Shown here one piece after another: positions 39,335-52,474 of a stretch of DNA of 64,000 bases. This DNA is from Octopus vulgaris. Taxonomy: Eukaryota. The notes below the pieces were generated by a model. That model did no database searches. It saw nothing but the letters and a program-made list of their open reading frames with translations, and had not been told where the DNA came from. The DNA is taken from assembly GCA_951406725.2 (NCBI GenBank), contig OX597814.1:152582001-152646000 (forward strand), in the 5' to 3' direction. The translations under genes and the position numbers were made by a program. Position 1 is the first letter of the stretch, and each line of letters starts with the position of its first letter.

Positions 39335-39374
39335 CTTTAAAATTCCTTTCGTGTACATAAAGTTTCATCCGCAT
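39335..39374 (-). CDS. DEPDC5: DEPDC5 coding exon 1 (start codon)
   Basis: Translates MRMKLYVHERNFK(E), resembling the DEPDC5 N-terminal KLVIHKKGF; AAG|GTTAGT donor; phase 1 joins exon 2. Confidence 0.85.
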
Positions 39375-39930
39375 TTTCTTGCTCGATTGTATCATTCTGT
39401 GACAACTTTCTGTTTTCTTATTGATAACTCCATGAGTAGGTGTCAGCAATTTACAGCGCACAAAATAAAACAAATCCTCGCAAGAACAGATTCTCTGTTA
39501 ATGATCTTGATCCTGTCTGGATCAAAGAATTGGTAGCTCGACGATCTACCTGAAATAATTCCTAAAACTATATCACACGAACATGACGCATCGCCTTTTC
39601 TTTTCCTTGTTTGTTTTCTTTTTCCTCTCCTTCCTTCGGTTTCATACGGTGTCAAAGGAAAAACGTAACCTTGCTAATTTAAGTCCACTGACTGTACTAT
39701 TAATAGATTATTTTCAGCAATTACATTAATAGTAACGGCTTTCTTTTTCTCATAAAGATATATGGTGGTGTTTAAAGAACATTATAGCTATATGTTACTG
39801 AAATGTTATATTCTTTATAAATTGCTGATCATTGTCAACTGTTCATTGAATAAATATATTTTGATAAAGGATCTCATTTTCATTCATGATCACTAAAGTT
39901 AACCGATTCATCATTTGACCGCCATTTGTT
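39375..39930 (-). other. DEPDC5: Putative DEPDC5 5' UTR with a short intron (~39550-39669)
   Basis: Candidate donor AAG|GTTACG near 39669 and acceptor atttcag near 39550; no transcript evidence. Confidence 0.35.
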
Positions 39931-39960
39931 AACAACAATTTGTCTACTTCCGGAAGGAAA
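39915..39960 (-). promoter_or_regulatory. Probable DEPDC5 core promoter: YY1 motif plus palindromic ETS site
   Basis: CCGCCATTT (AAATGGCGG on minus) at 39919-39927 and ACTTCCGGAAG at 39946-39956, ~550 bp upstream of the ATG; CpGs locally retained. Confidence 0.6.
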
Positions 39961-40099
39961 ACAATAATAATTAAAATATGCCTTTTGTTGATAACCCAAT
40001 CCTTGATTATAACTTACGTCGCAACTAATCTTTATTGCAACGGTGTAACAGAGGTCCTAACTGCATCTGACATTATCCTCTCAGATTTTAAGCATTAGT

Positions 40100-41040
40100 G
40101 TTATAGCAGAAACCGTAAAAAGACTTAAAATATTTATTGCAGGAACAAGTGGCCGGACAATATAAAGGACATTAAAATCAAAGGCCAAGACAAAGTACCA
40201 CAACTGCTAGAATGCTGCCATGGAATTTTCCAAAAGGATTCAACTTGGTCAGCAGGTGGTTGCTTAATAAAACTGAGATCGATTTCACTATAAAAACTCT
40301 AACTGTCCAGGAAGAAAACACAATGTTGGTCTGAGTCACACTTTATAATATGCTCCACTCTCAAAAGTACAAGCAGGAATCTTTAAATTCACAAAGCAAT
40401 ATGCCTACGATGTTTACTTCACTAAGCCAATTTTTGCTTTCAGTCTCATTCATATTATCTCCAACAACTGCTTCACCACAAGGAATACCATGAAATTTTT
40501 CAATTCATTAAGGCAAAGCAGTTTTTATGAGTTCCTAATTCAATCTACTGAAACTGCTAGCAGTAATTAGAGAAAACTAATTGCAGTTAGCATGAAACAC
40601 ATGAATGATTCTAAAATTAAAATATGATCATATTGTGGACAGAAAGAGCATGGTACAAATGCATGACTATTAATACTCAAACAAAGGTTTGTCTACCATA
40701 TGACAAGCAATGCAATTACTGCAAATGTGATGAAGAATTTGACTATGTGCCACATAAATGACAGGCTCAAGAATAAAAGAGTTCTCACAGATGGCAATGA
40801 AAGTGCTGTATTTGATGCATGACTACACCAAGAAAGCAAACACAACTATACAATTAACATAAAATATTGTTAGATTATCACATAAGCAATAAACTGTAAG
40901 ATATTTATTAATTTCCCTATTATTCCCAAGGATTGCCACAGTTTGGGAATTCTCCTTAAGTATACAACCAAATGCAGTCAGTGGCTGATACAAGATGCCA
41001 AAGTTACATTGGTGTTGTGATGAAATAAAGATAACAGATT
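40100..41040 (+). mobile_element. Decayed Gypsy-type LTR retrotransposon gag-protease relic
   Basis: KIKGQDKVPQLLECC, IKTLTVQEENTML, SYCGQKEHG / CLPYDKQCNYC zinc knuckle and VADT(R)CQS protease-site remnant; multiple stops. Confidence 0.7.
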
Positions 41041-42406
41041 GCTTAGTATTAGGGAAATATAATATAGGCAGAGGAGTGGCTATGTGGTAAGTAGCTTGCT
41101 TACCAACCACATGGTTCTAGGTTCAGTCCCACTGTGTGGCACCTTGGGCAAGTGTCTTCTACTATAGCCCCAGGCTGACCAAAGCCTTGTGAGTGGATTT
41201 GGTAGACGGAAACTGAAAGAAGCCCATCGTATATATGTATGTGTATATATATATATGTTTGTGTGTCTGTGTTTGTCCCCCAACATCGCTTAACAAATGA
41301 TAAGAGACCAATAGAATAAGTACTAGGCTTACAAAGAATAAGATCTGGGGTCAATTTGCTCGACTAAAGGCAGTGCTCCAGCATGGCCACAGTCAAATGA
41401 CTGAAACAAATAAATGACTATAATCTCATTCATCGCAAATAATAAAAGTATTAGAATTGTTAGGATATTGATCCATGGAATTGATACAAAGAAACAAGTG
41501 TTGCATAATCTTTCATTCTTTGTTTCAATCACTGGACTGCAACCATGCTGGGGCACTGCTTTGAAGGGTTTAGTCAAACAAATCAACCCAAATACTTACT
41601 TTTAAATTTGGTACTTATTTTATCAATCTCTTTTGTCAAACTGGTAAGTTATGGGGATGTAAACAAACCAACACTGGTTGTCAAGCAGTGGGGGGGGGGG
41701 GGGCAGACAGTCAAACACTCACACATACATATGTGTGTGTATATATATAATATACAAGGCAGGCTTCCACACAGTTTCCATCTGCCCAAGCAATGGTCAG
41801 CCCAGGGCTATAATAGAAGACACTTGCCCAAGATGCTATGCAATGGGACTGAACCCAAAACCAGTTGGTTGCTAAGAAAGCTTGATAAAGAATTTTCTAA
41901 AAGTATGCAACAACATATGCATCCAATCATGTAATTAGCCCAAATGCCAACATCCCCTGCAAATTCCAGCAGCTTTGCTTTACTCTCTGGCTATGAAATC
42001 AATCATCTAAGATGACAATTACAACTTTTGACACTCTTGAATTCAACAACATTCATTACATGTGAATAACAGCTTCTTCCTTTCATGAAAGGCCTGCTAA
42101 TGAAACACATAATAAACCACATTCTTGAATCAGTGGCTCACCTATTCCAGTTCCTCTCTGTTTGCAGAGTGAAGTTTTAAAGGCTTGAATCACTTTGTGT
42201 TCTGGGAACCATCAAAGATGGAAAACCAGTTACATGATATCACTAAATAGTAATATATACCAAGAAGGAATGAAAATAATTTTTACACTGTTCATTTCCA
42301 AGCATTAAATGTGCATATTATATGTAATATTCACTATACATCTTCATTTCATCAAGCAAGATCTGTTCCATTTGGTAAAAAGAAAACTGCCTGAAGTGCT
42401 TGGAAT

Positions 42407-45400
42407 TATCATCATCATCATTTAACATCCGTTATGCATGCTGGTATGGGTTGGACAGTTTGACCAGGGCAGGCAAGGTAGAAGGTTACACCAGTGTGAT
42501 TTCACATGGTTTCTACAGCTGGATGCCCTTAGCGCCAACCACTCTGAAAGTGTAATAGGTGCTTTTACATGCCACTGGCATGGGTGCAATTTGCATGACA
42601 CCGGTATCTGCCATGACTGCAGTTTGCTGAGCATGATGAGTCTTCTTCTCAAGCGCAACATAATGCCAAAGGTCTTGGTCATTGCCCAACACTTGAAAGG
42701 AGCTCAGCCACTTTGCCTCCATGAGGCCCAATGCTCGAAAGGTGCATTTTATGTGCCACCTGCACAGGTGCCAGTAACATGACACCAGCATCAGCCACAA
42801 CTACGACTTCCCTTGGCTTGATGGGTCCCCTCAAGCACAGCACATTGTCAAAGGTTTCAGTCACCAGTCATTGCCTCCATGAGGACTACAGTTCAAAGAT
42901 CATGCTTCACCACCTCATCCCATGTCTTCCTGGATCTACCACTACTACAGGTTCCCTCCACAATTAGAAACCAGCACTTCTTTACACGGCTGCCCTCATC
43001 TATATGCATCACATGACCATACCAGCACAGTTGTCTTTCTTGCACACCACATCTTATGCCTAACTTTTCTCTCAAGATGCTTACACTCTGTCAAACATGC
43101 ACACTGACATTGCACATCCAGCGAAGCATACTGGCTTCATTTCTTTCAAGCCTATGCAATTCCTTGGCTGTCGTAGCTCATGTTCCACTGTCATGTAGCA
43201 TAGCTGTTCGCACATAGGCATCATACAATCTGTCTTTCACTCTGAGAGAGAGGCCCTTCATTGCCACTAGAGGTAGGAGCTCTCTGAACTTTGCCCATCC
43301 TAATCTTATTCTCACAGCTACACTCTCAGAGCATCTACTTCCACTACTAATTTGGTCACCTAGATAATGGAAGCTATCCACTACCTCTAGCCTACTGCTC
43401 TGGTAGTTGATGGAGTCTATTTTCTGTGCATTTTTGGTGTTTACTGTACCCTGTGCAACTTCCACACACAAAAGCGATTTTCCCCGTTAACCTTCTTCTA
43501 ATATTGCTGCATTTTTTATGTGTCCAAAGCTTACACCAGGTGCATCTTATGGAATTTCTACTTATGCCTTTCCTACAGATTGAGCAGGGCCATCTACCTG
43601 ACAGACTTTAGTTTTTGCTTGGTTAACTCAAAGGCCCTTTGATTCTAGACCTTGCTTCCATACCTAGAACTTCTCTAATTCTGGTTGTGATTCAGCTATA
43701 AGAATAAGGTCATCGGCATAAAGGAGCTCCTATGGAGCAGCCTGTCATAAATTCCTCTGTTATTGCCTAGAGGACTATGATGAACAAGAGAGAACTGTGG
43801 ACCAATTCTTGATAAACCCCTACTGTACCCTGAATTTTTCACTGTACTTGTTGCCAACTCTCACCTTACTGGTAGCATCCCTGTATATGGATTGTACAGC
43901 TCTCACCAACACTTGCTATACCTAGTTTCTACATTGACCCACTACATTGACCCAAGTCAACAAAAGCCAAGTGCAGAGGTTTATCTTTGGCTATGTATTT
44001 CTCCTGCGGCTACCTTACTAGAAATATAGCATCAGTGGTGCTTCTCCTTGGCACAAAACCAAACTGCATCTCATCTAGAGATTGAGCAGGGCCATCTACC
44101 TAATTAGTCAGGCTATGACTCTCTCTCTAACTTTTATCACTTTATCCAACAATTTGATACCTCTGTAATTATTTCTATCTAAGGCATCACCTTTACCTTT
44201 GAAGCTCTTGACTATGGTACTGCTACACCAGTCATTGGGTATGACTCCTTTGTGAACCACCTGATTTACACTACAAGTGACTAGACTATAACCCTCACTG
44301 CCAGATATTTTATGGATCTCAACAGTGATTCCTGGGGGCTTTCTTTGTCTTCATTACCAAGGTACTGTTGATTCAGGTAGCTGGTCACTCAACTGGGTCA
44401 ATATTTGGCAGACTCTCCTCCCATTCATTCTCCATGTTCAGTAGTCTTTCCAAGCCTCTTTCTTTGCAGAATCATTAAATGCAAATGCACCATCATCCAT
44501 GTGGGCATATTTCTCTCCTATGACATCACCATTTTCTCTCACACACTATCTTGCAATCTTCAATTTATTGGCACTCACGTTGCTAAACATAGGCAAACTT
44601 CTTCTTTTCTGCTTCCCTTCTGGCTACCTGATATAGTTCCCTACTCCCCCTACTCTTCCATGCCTGTTTCTATGTTCAAATGGCTCTGTCTACAGCATCA
44701 TTCCACTACCATGTTACCCTAGGTCTGGATGGGACTTTGCACCAGCTGCAGATTTGGTCTGTGACCCTCAGCAAGCTGCCTCATAGGAATTCCCTCATTG
44801 CCCTCTATATCACAAGTCTGTAGCACCTTCTCCCTCTCATCAAATTTCTCAATTAGGATGTCCCTAAATCTCTGAGCATATGAAGGGTCCTTAAGCTTCC
44901 AAATCCTTCTTTTCTAGATTGGTCTGCTTCTTGGCATCCTTCTGGCCTGGAGTCTAAAGTCACTAATGACTAGTCTATGCAGGGGTGGGGGTACATTCTT
45001 CACCAGGGAGGGCCTTTGCATTTAAAAGCAACCATGCATCCTGCTGTCTGGTGAGAATGTAATCGATCTGGCTAGCAGTCACCTGACTGGTAGATTATCA
45101 GGTGGTTGGCTGGCTTCCTAAAGTTGATGTTGCAGAGCTTTATGTTATTTGCATCACAGAACTCCAGTAGCTTTGTTCCCTCTTTGTTTTGAGAACCAAT
45201 TTCATGGTCCCCATGTACACCATGAAAGATACCAGGCTGCCATCTGACATGCCTATTGAAATTTCCAGCTACAAAGATAAGATCATTGTCACTCATCTTT
45301 GAGGTAACCTGTAGAAGTATATTATAAAAGAGGGCCTTCTCTTCATTTGGTAGGCCTGCTTGTTGGGTATAGGCAGAGATAAATGTCACTATACTATTCT

Positions 45401-45720
45401 GCAAGACTAGCCTGAGCTTAAGTACTATTGCATACTCTGACTATCTCTATGACCGTATCCACCCATTTCTATGCAAGAAGTATGCCCACACCACCTATTC
45501 CATCACTGTTACCTTCCCAGAAGATTTTATACTGTTAGGAACCTGACTGAAGCTCCTCTCCACCTTACCTCTTGGATGCAACATACATCAACATGTCTCC
45601 AGTCAAGCATCTCAACAATCTCACTAGACCTACCTTTCAATGTGCCTACTTTGGCAATACCAACTCTGAAAACTGGAAAAGGGACATGGGAGGGAACATG
45701 GGAAGGAGAGATGGTATTCA
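42407..45720 (-). mobile_element. Near full-length decayed RTE LINE including 3' UTR and (GAT)n tail
   Basis: APE motifs VGTLKGRSSEIVEML...VDVCCIQEVRWRG and AGNFN.HV; RT LLYADDL; C-terminal WYGHV..; contiguous with the 3' repeat at 42407-42870. Confidence 0.88.
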
Positions 45721-46170
45721 GCACCTTAAAAGAAGGTTTCAATGATCATTTGATAACAGACATGTCACATCAGTTGTTCTTGCTTTAACCTACCATCATT
45801 CAAACATGTTAAAATTGTTGCCCCTATTGTCGGTGAGTGTAATGTAAGCATTGTAAATATAAGTGTTACTGCTGCAAATATAAATAGGACAATGTTTAAA
45901 TTAAGTAAGTAAGTAAATGAGCTACTATTGGTTAGTCCATTATATAAAGAGAAAGAGGTAGATGGTTTGTTAATTTATTAGGTAACACATCCCCCTTTTG
46001 GAGCATGCAGTAGTGTTGTTGATTGGTGGTGGTCTTCTGGTACAGAAGTGAGGCAGTGCCCTGTAGGGGTTTCCAGTATAGGTGGTGGGGGCAGGAGTGG
46101 GTGTGCACATCGCAAACAAGCAATGACCAGCTTCACTTCAAGAAATAGCAGTAAGAAGACACTAGTGAGG

Positions 46171-46214
<44 letters not shown>

Positions 46215-46518
46215 AAAGACTTTATCACTTGGGGAAAGCATAACAAAGACAAGGTGAGAATGTTTATGAATTTTAGAGAAGGTTGGAGAGGTCTGAGGAA
46301 ACTATGGCAGAGGAAACGTGGCAAAGTATGGGAACACATGGGTTATGAAATGCAGAGAGGATATTGCAAAAGGATTGACAGAATTACGATTTTAAAATTA
46401 TTTGAAGAATTAAAGAATTACAAGTTGCGAAAGTTATTTTAGCTCAAACAGCAATATAGAATCCTGAGAAATTCATATTAGATGAAGTCACTGTAAAATT
46501 GGCAAGATTTTGAAATTA

Positions 46519-47083
46519 TTGGGTTGTCTGGAAAGTTCGTGTCGATTTATAGTAGCTTACCTTTCGACTTATTTTAGAACATGGTTGAGTCCATAAAATA
46601 GGATTTGACTACACTTCCATTTAGAGCACAGTTTAAGCTATTTTTCGTGGAAGAAGGTTTATGTTCCTATAACCTGTGTTAATTCTGTAACCCTTTAAAA
46701 TGGAAGATAAGAAAGTTCATTTTCGGCACTTGATGCTTTGGGAACCAGACAAAAATTACTGCAGCTCAGCTGGAATGTGTTACCCCACCCGCCATATTCA
46801 CCAGATATTGCTACTTCGGATTTCCACTTATCTAGGTCTCTGCAGAATAGTCTTAATGGTAAAAATTTCAATTTCTTGGATGGCGTAAAAAGATACCTCG
46901 ATGAATTCTTTGCCATGAAACCTCTTCAATTCTGGGAAGTGGGTATTTTCAAGTTAAAGAAAAGATGGAGACGCATTCTGCAACAAAATGGTTCATATTT
47001 GGTTAATTAAAAATGTAATAGCAATTATTTATTGACCTTTTTCTTTCCTTTAAAAATCGGCACGAACTTTCCGGACAACCCAA
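46519..47083 (+). mobile_element. Young internally deleted mariner
   Basis: TIRs ttgggttgtctggaaagttcgtgtcgattt / aaatcggcacgaactttccggacaacccaa, TA TSD; N-terminal MEDKKVHFRHLMLWE joined directly to C-terminal HPPYSPDIA.SDFHL.RSLQNSL. Confidence 0.92.
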
Positions 47084-47580
47084 TACATTGAGCAATGTCA
47101 GACCTTATAAAAACGTAATTTCAAACAATCTTAGGCATTCCATCTCTTTAAAAGAACATAGAAGCATCGCACCTTGGGCAAATGTCATCGACTATAGTCA
47201 TAGGTTGAACAAAGCTTTGTGAGTGAATTTAGTAAACGGAATGTGGTTGCCATACAAGTAAATATCACCTGTGTGCAGTTCTGTCTAGATTGCCATTTTC
47301 GTCATTTTGGTCTTTTCCTGTCCGAAATGTCAAAATTAACTCTTCCCACTTCATCAAGCATCTAAAACTGATAATTTTAATCAGAAACTTATCTTGTCTG
47401 GTGTGTGAGTGATTTTCTCCCCACTCTCTGTCTCTATCTCCCTCTAATACCGTCCAACCAGCATAGAAAACAGACGTAAAATGATGATATAGGGTGTCCA
47501 TAAATTATCTTTACAACTTCCACAATGTATTATATCAAATTATAAAGCGAACTGTACGTACAGGATTTGTATATCACCAA

Positions 47581-47805
47581 TTAACCCTTTAGCATTTAGA
47601 TTAATCAGTTAAATGTAATGTTTAATTATTCACAATATTTTGAATTAATCATGGCGTATCTCGTAGCTTTGACATTTCAATGATATTGTTTATTCTGAGA
47701 ATGACATAGTAAGGTAGGTTCAAGAGGCAGGATCTAGCGAGTTTGAACATAAAACAGGAAGATAATTTGGGCTGGATATGGCCCGTTTAAATGCTAAAGC
47801 ATTAA
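47581..47805. mobile_element. piggyBac-like MITE
   Basis: ttaaccctttagcattt ... aaatgctaaagcattaa. Confidence 0.7.
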
Positions 47806-48699
47806 GGTGGAGAGCTGACAATATTATTAGAGCGTTTAGGAAAATGTGCTTTGCAGTATTACTTCCGGTTCTTTACGCTCCGAGTTCGAATCCCACCAAG
47901 ATCAACTTCACCTTTCGTCCTTCCGGAGGTCGATAAATGAAGTAACAGTCGAGTACCAAGGGCGATGGTATGAACTAACCCATCCCCTCAAAATGAGCCA
48001 CCCTGTAGCTAAACTAGAAACCATTATACATCTCCAGTGACTTGAGGCAGTCACGACTAAAGAGTTACTTCCCTTACATTGAAAATTTTATTCGGCATCT
48101 TCAGAAATTCCTTTTTTTTAAATAAAATAGTTGAACTAAGACCATACTCGGTCACTGCTGTCAAAGGATATCAGCTGTTTCTATCTACTCTAGAACTTGG
48201 TAATTGTTTTATCGGCATTGGAAGCGGAGAAAAGGCAAAACCCAATCAGGAGTACATGGGAGATAACCGATAGGAACGAAATAGGTTACATCAGTTAGAC
48301 ATTTTTTTGCCATCACACACACACACAAACACATATACACACACACTTAAAAGTAATTTAGAAAATTACAGTAACACAATTCTAACTTTATTTCGCAATA
48401 ATTTGTATAAACTATGCTACATATATTTATATATATACTTTCTACAAGGCCTGAAATTTAGTGAGGAGGTGCTATTTCATTACATAGATACCAGTAATTA
48501 TTAGGTACTTATTTTACTGACCCCCAAAAAATGAAAGGCAAAGTCACTTTCGACAAGATTTGAACTTGGTGGTATTTCTTCCAGTTCTTTACAATCTAAG
48601 CCCAGCACGATAACAATTCTGCTGACTCAAGCAGAAAGTTTTGGAATATCATGGAACTGGGATTATGTATAAGTGTATTCATAAAATCGAAATTGAACT

Positions 48700-49168
48700 A
48701 AATTCGATGACTGGCACCTGTGCCAGTGGAGCGCTAACAGCTCCATCCGAGCGGGATCACTGCCAGAGCAGATGTTTGGCTTCCGTGCTGGTGGCACATA
48801 AAAAGCACCATTTGAGCGCGATCATTACCAGTGTCGCCTTACTGGTACTTGTGCCAGTGGCACGTGAACAAAACATTCGAGCAAGGTCGTTGCCAAGTGC
48901 TGCTGGACTGACTCCTGTGCAGGTGGCATGTAAAAAACAGCATTTTGAGCATGGCCATTGCCAGTACCGCCAGACTGGCCCTCGTGCCGGTGGCATGTAA
49001 AAGCACCCACTACACTCTCAGGGTGGTTGGCGTTAGAAAGGGCATCCAGTTGTAGAAACTCTGCCAGATCAGATTGGAGCCTGGTGCAGCCATCTAGTTC
49101 GCCAGTCCTCAGTCAAATCGTCCAACCCATGCTAGCATGGAAAGCAGACATTAAATGATGATGATGAT
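48700..49168 (+). repeat. RTE 3'-UTR-derived repeat with (GAT)n tail
   Basis: ggttggcgttag.aagggcatccag..gtagaaac ... ccaacccatgctagcatggaaag..gac.ttaaa(tga)n; 12 or more copies, e.g. 1300-1602, 5084-5490, 7373-7660, 15403-15756, 19812-20120, 21135-21520. Confidence 0.8.
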
Positions 49169-49196
49169 ATCAAAATCATTTAGATATTGTCTGGAT

Positions 49197-49382
49197 CAGT
49201 GCTCAGCAACCATTATACTGCTGCACACTGGTGTACCACGTGACGATATTAGGTGTGCTGTAGTGTAACCTGAATATAATTTTCTTCCCTATCCTTTTAG
49301 TTATATTTTTAGGTCACATGTGCCACTGAATTTTGAAAAGAGTATAAGTGTACCACAGGTGAAAAATGGTTGTGGAGCAATG
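49197..49382. mobile_element. hAT-Charlie-like MITE
   Basis: Ends cagtgctcagcaacc / ggttgtggagcaatg; TSD gtctggat / gtctagat (NTCTAGAN type). Confidence 0.7.
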
Positions 49383-52237
49383 GTCTAGATTAATGTGATG
49401 TGTATTTAACACATAAATTGACCTATATTTTCAGAGTAGGTTTACAGTTTAGACAATGTTTTAGACTTTGACTTTGAAGACTAGTTTTCATTATGTTCAT
49501 ATATGCTCAATTATTTACAGTTTATATTTTTACTTCCTTTTAACTTGTGCTAATATAAATTTTTTTAAAAATGATTTTAGTAAGCCTTATCAATTGGATT
49601 TTAAACAAAAATTGAAGAAACGAAAATCTTCTTTGAACTTTCTTATATTTTAGTATTTTGCATTTTGTACTGCAAATTAATTGATGCTTTTAGTACTGAT
49701 AACAATTTTGATTGAATATAATAATTATATATGTTCTATCTAGGATTTTTTGCATATGTGTGTTAGTGTGTGTGTGCATGTGAGTGTGTGCATGTGTGTG
49801 TATGAGTGTGTGTGTATGTATGTGTGTGGGTGGATGGGTGTATATGTGTGTGTGTGTGTGTGTATTTGTGCATGTGTGTGTGCATTTGTGTTTGTATAAC
49901 AGAGAGCAAGAGAGTGATGAGGGTAAAAACGAGAAGCTGAAATTATCATCATCATCAATACACACAGTTGTAACTGTTAATTAACAAAGTTTGCTTCTCA
50001 CACATGTGGCCTTGAGTTTGATTCCACCATGTGGTACCTTGAGCAAGTGTCTTCTAGTATAGTCCAGGGCTTATCAAAGCCTCACAAGTGGAGTTGATAG
50101 GTGGAAACTGAAAGAAGCCCAATGTGTATGTGTGTGTGTGTGTATGCACGCTAGTCATGACACCATATGGTGGTGATAAACATAATCACTGTCATACAAG
50201 TAATGTTGTTCATTTCCAGTCTTCCATGAAAAATATATCTGGTCATGAGAAAATACTACCTTGCTTGAAAACAAGTGAGGGTTGGTGATAGAAAGGGTTT
50301 TCCGACTGCAGAAAATTTGCCACAAAAAATACCATCTGACAAAGGCAAGCATGGAATAATGGGTGTTAACTGATGATGGTATCACATAAAAAGCACCCAG
50401 AACACTCTGTGGAGTGGTTGGTGTTAGGAAGGGCATCCAGCCATAGAAACCAAGCCAAAATATGCTATGGAACCTGGTATAAGGTCCTGGCCTTGCCAGT
50501 TCCTGTCAAGCTGTTCAACCTATACCAGCATGGAAAAAAACATGTTAAATTATGACAATGATGGTGACAACGACGACGATGACAATGATGATGATGACGA
50601 CAACAACAACAGCAACAATAATGATGATGATTTTCATCCTGGAATGGATTTGACAGTTTGTCACAGTCCAAATCACCTCCTGTTCACGGAGACTAGGTGG
50701 TGCTCATGTGCATCATTTGGCTTGGTTTCAAGGCTTGATGCCCATGAACGAAAGAAGAAAATTAAAATAAAACTTTCTTAAAACCTGAGATAGGCGTAGA
50801 AGTGGCTGTGTGGTAAGTAGCTTGCTAACCAACCACATGGTTCCGGGTTCAGTCCCACAGCGTGGCACCTTGGGCAAGTGTCTTCTGCTATAGCCTTGGG
50901 GCAACCAAAACCTTGAGTGGATTTGGTAGATGGAAACTGAAACAAGCCCATCGTATATATGTATATATATATGTGTGTGTGTATATGTTTGTGTGTCTGT
51001 GTTTGTCCCACCATCGCTTGACAACGGATGGTGGTGTGTTTACATCCCCGTAACTTAGCAGTTTGGCAAAAGAGACCAATAGAATAAGTACTAGGCTCCC
51101 AAAGAATAAGTCCTGGGGTTGATTTGTGTGACTAAAAGCGGTGCTCCAGCATGGCTGCAGTCGAACGACTGAAACAAGTAAAAGAGTAAAAGAGTAAAAG
51201 AGTAAAGAGTATATCAGCAAAGTTATTTTTATCTTTGGCTGAAATAAAAAATTCATAAAATATATTATCCTAAAGGAATACTCTAACCCAAATTTAAAAA
51301 TCTAGTAACGTATGATTTCTTACCAATTTTTGTGAATTATGATTTATTCAAATACTTGTAAGCAAATTTTCAAGTCTATTAAATATTTGGCACACTCAAA
51401 AATTATATTTACTATACAGGAATAGGCAAAGTGGCAAGATGGCAGAATCAGTAGCATGCAGGGAAAGATGCTTAACAGCATTTTGTCCATCTCTACGTTC
51501 TGAGTTCAAATTTCTCCAAAGTTGGCTTTGCCGTTCATCCTTTCAAGACCAATAAAAAAGTATCCATTTAATTGACTTGGTACCCACCCCCAAAACTGCT
51601 GCCACTTCAGCCAAAATTTGAAACCAATATACAGGGGCAGAGAGGGCATGTCATTGATGATGTTGTAATGAAAGGACTTTGGGAAGCATAACTGATTGAT
51701 TGTTTGACTGATTGATTACTCAAACAATTTAGTAGTTAATTGATTGAATAGTTAACCAATTGATAAATAAAGAACTAGTGTGTGTGTTTGTTATTGGCAT
51801 AATGACATTCTTGAGATACAACAAAATCAATACACACACATCATCAGACAATTTAAATATATATGTTAATTTATTTAGTATACATTTCTCCACATAAATG
51901 TAATTTTGTTTTCTAAATCTTAGAGAAATATCTAGACAATGATATATTTATATGAAACAATAAAAGAATCCTTCCAAATACAAAGTAATTTTTTTTTTCT
52001 TTTCTTTTTTCATGTAAAAATACTTTCAGTATAAAATATAATATAGGACGCTAAATGTTGAAGTTAAAAATCTTAAAAGTAGTTCTGAAATTTCTAATCT
52101 GTAAAACGTAAGTTCCATTGAAACATTTCTTCATTTCTTTTTTTTTTTTATTTATTTATTTTTTTTTTGCAGGAGTTGCGTAGGAGTGTTGAGAGTTTGC
52201 TTTGGTTTTGTAATGTTCTTCAGTTTACCTATACTAT

Positions 52238-52474
52238 TTAAATAGTAATTGATGCAACACTTCCGTTTATTTCGTCAGATTTAAAACGCCTGTGAATGTT
52301 ATTTGAAGTTGATATTTCCTCATTTTTTTTATTCATGGCACTTTCAGCTATTGTTGTTAAATGTTCTACTTCAGAAGGTCCAGTCTGTTGAACCATGTTG
52401 TAGAAATATCCCTCTTTAGACTTGATAAGGTTATATGGCATGTCAAATTGCACAATGCGTCCTTCTTCCAAGAC
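52238..52474 (-). CDS. ABCC4: ABCC4-like terminal coding exon
   Basis: VLEEGRIVQFDMPYNLIKSKEGYFYNMVQQTGPSE...ASITI then TAA; AT-rich 3' UTR follows. Confidence 0.88.
   Translation of the reverse strand, partial: VLEEGRIVQFDMPYNLIKSKEGYFYNMVQQTGPSEVEHLTTIAESAMNKKNEEISTSNNIHRRFKSDEINGSVASITI

Noticed and set aside
39978-40028. ATG next to the promoter suggesting a divergent protein-coding gene
   Set aside because: Stops after 16 codons; downstream sequence is a stop-riddled Gypsy relic
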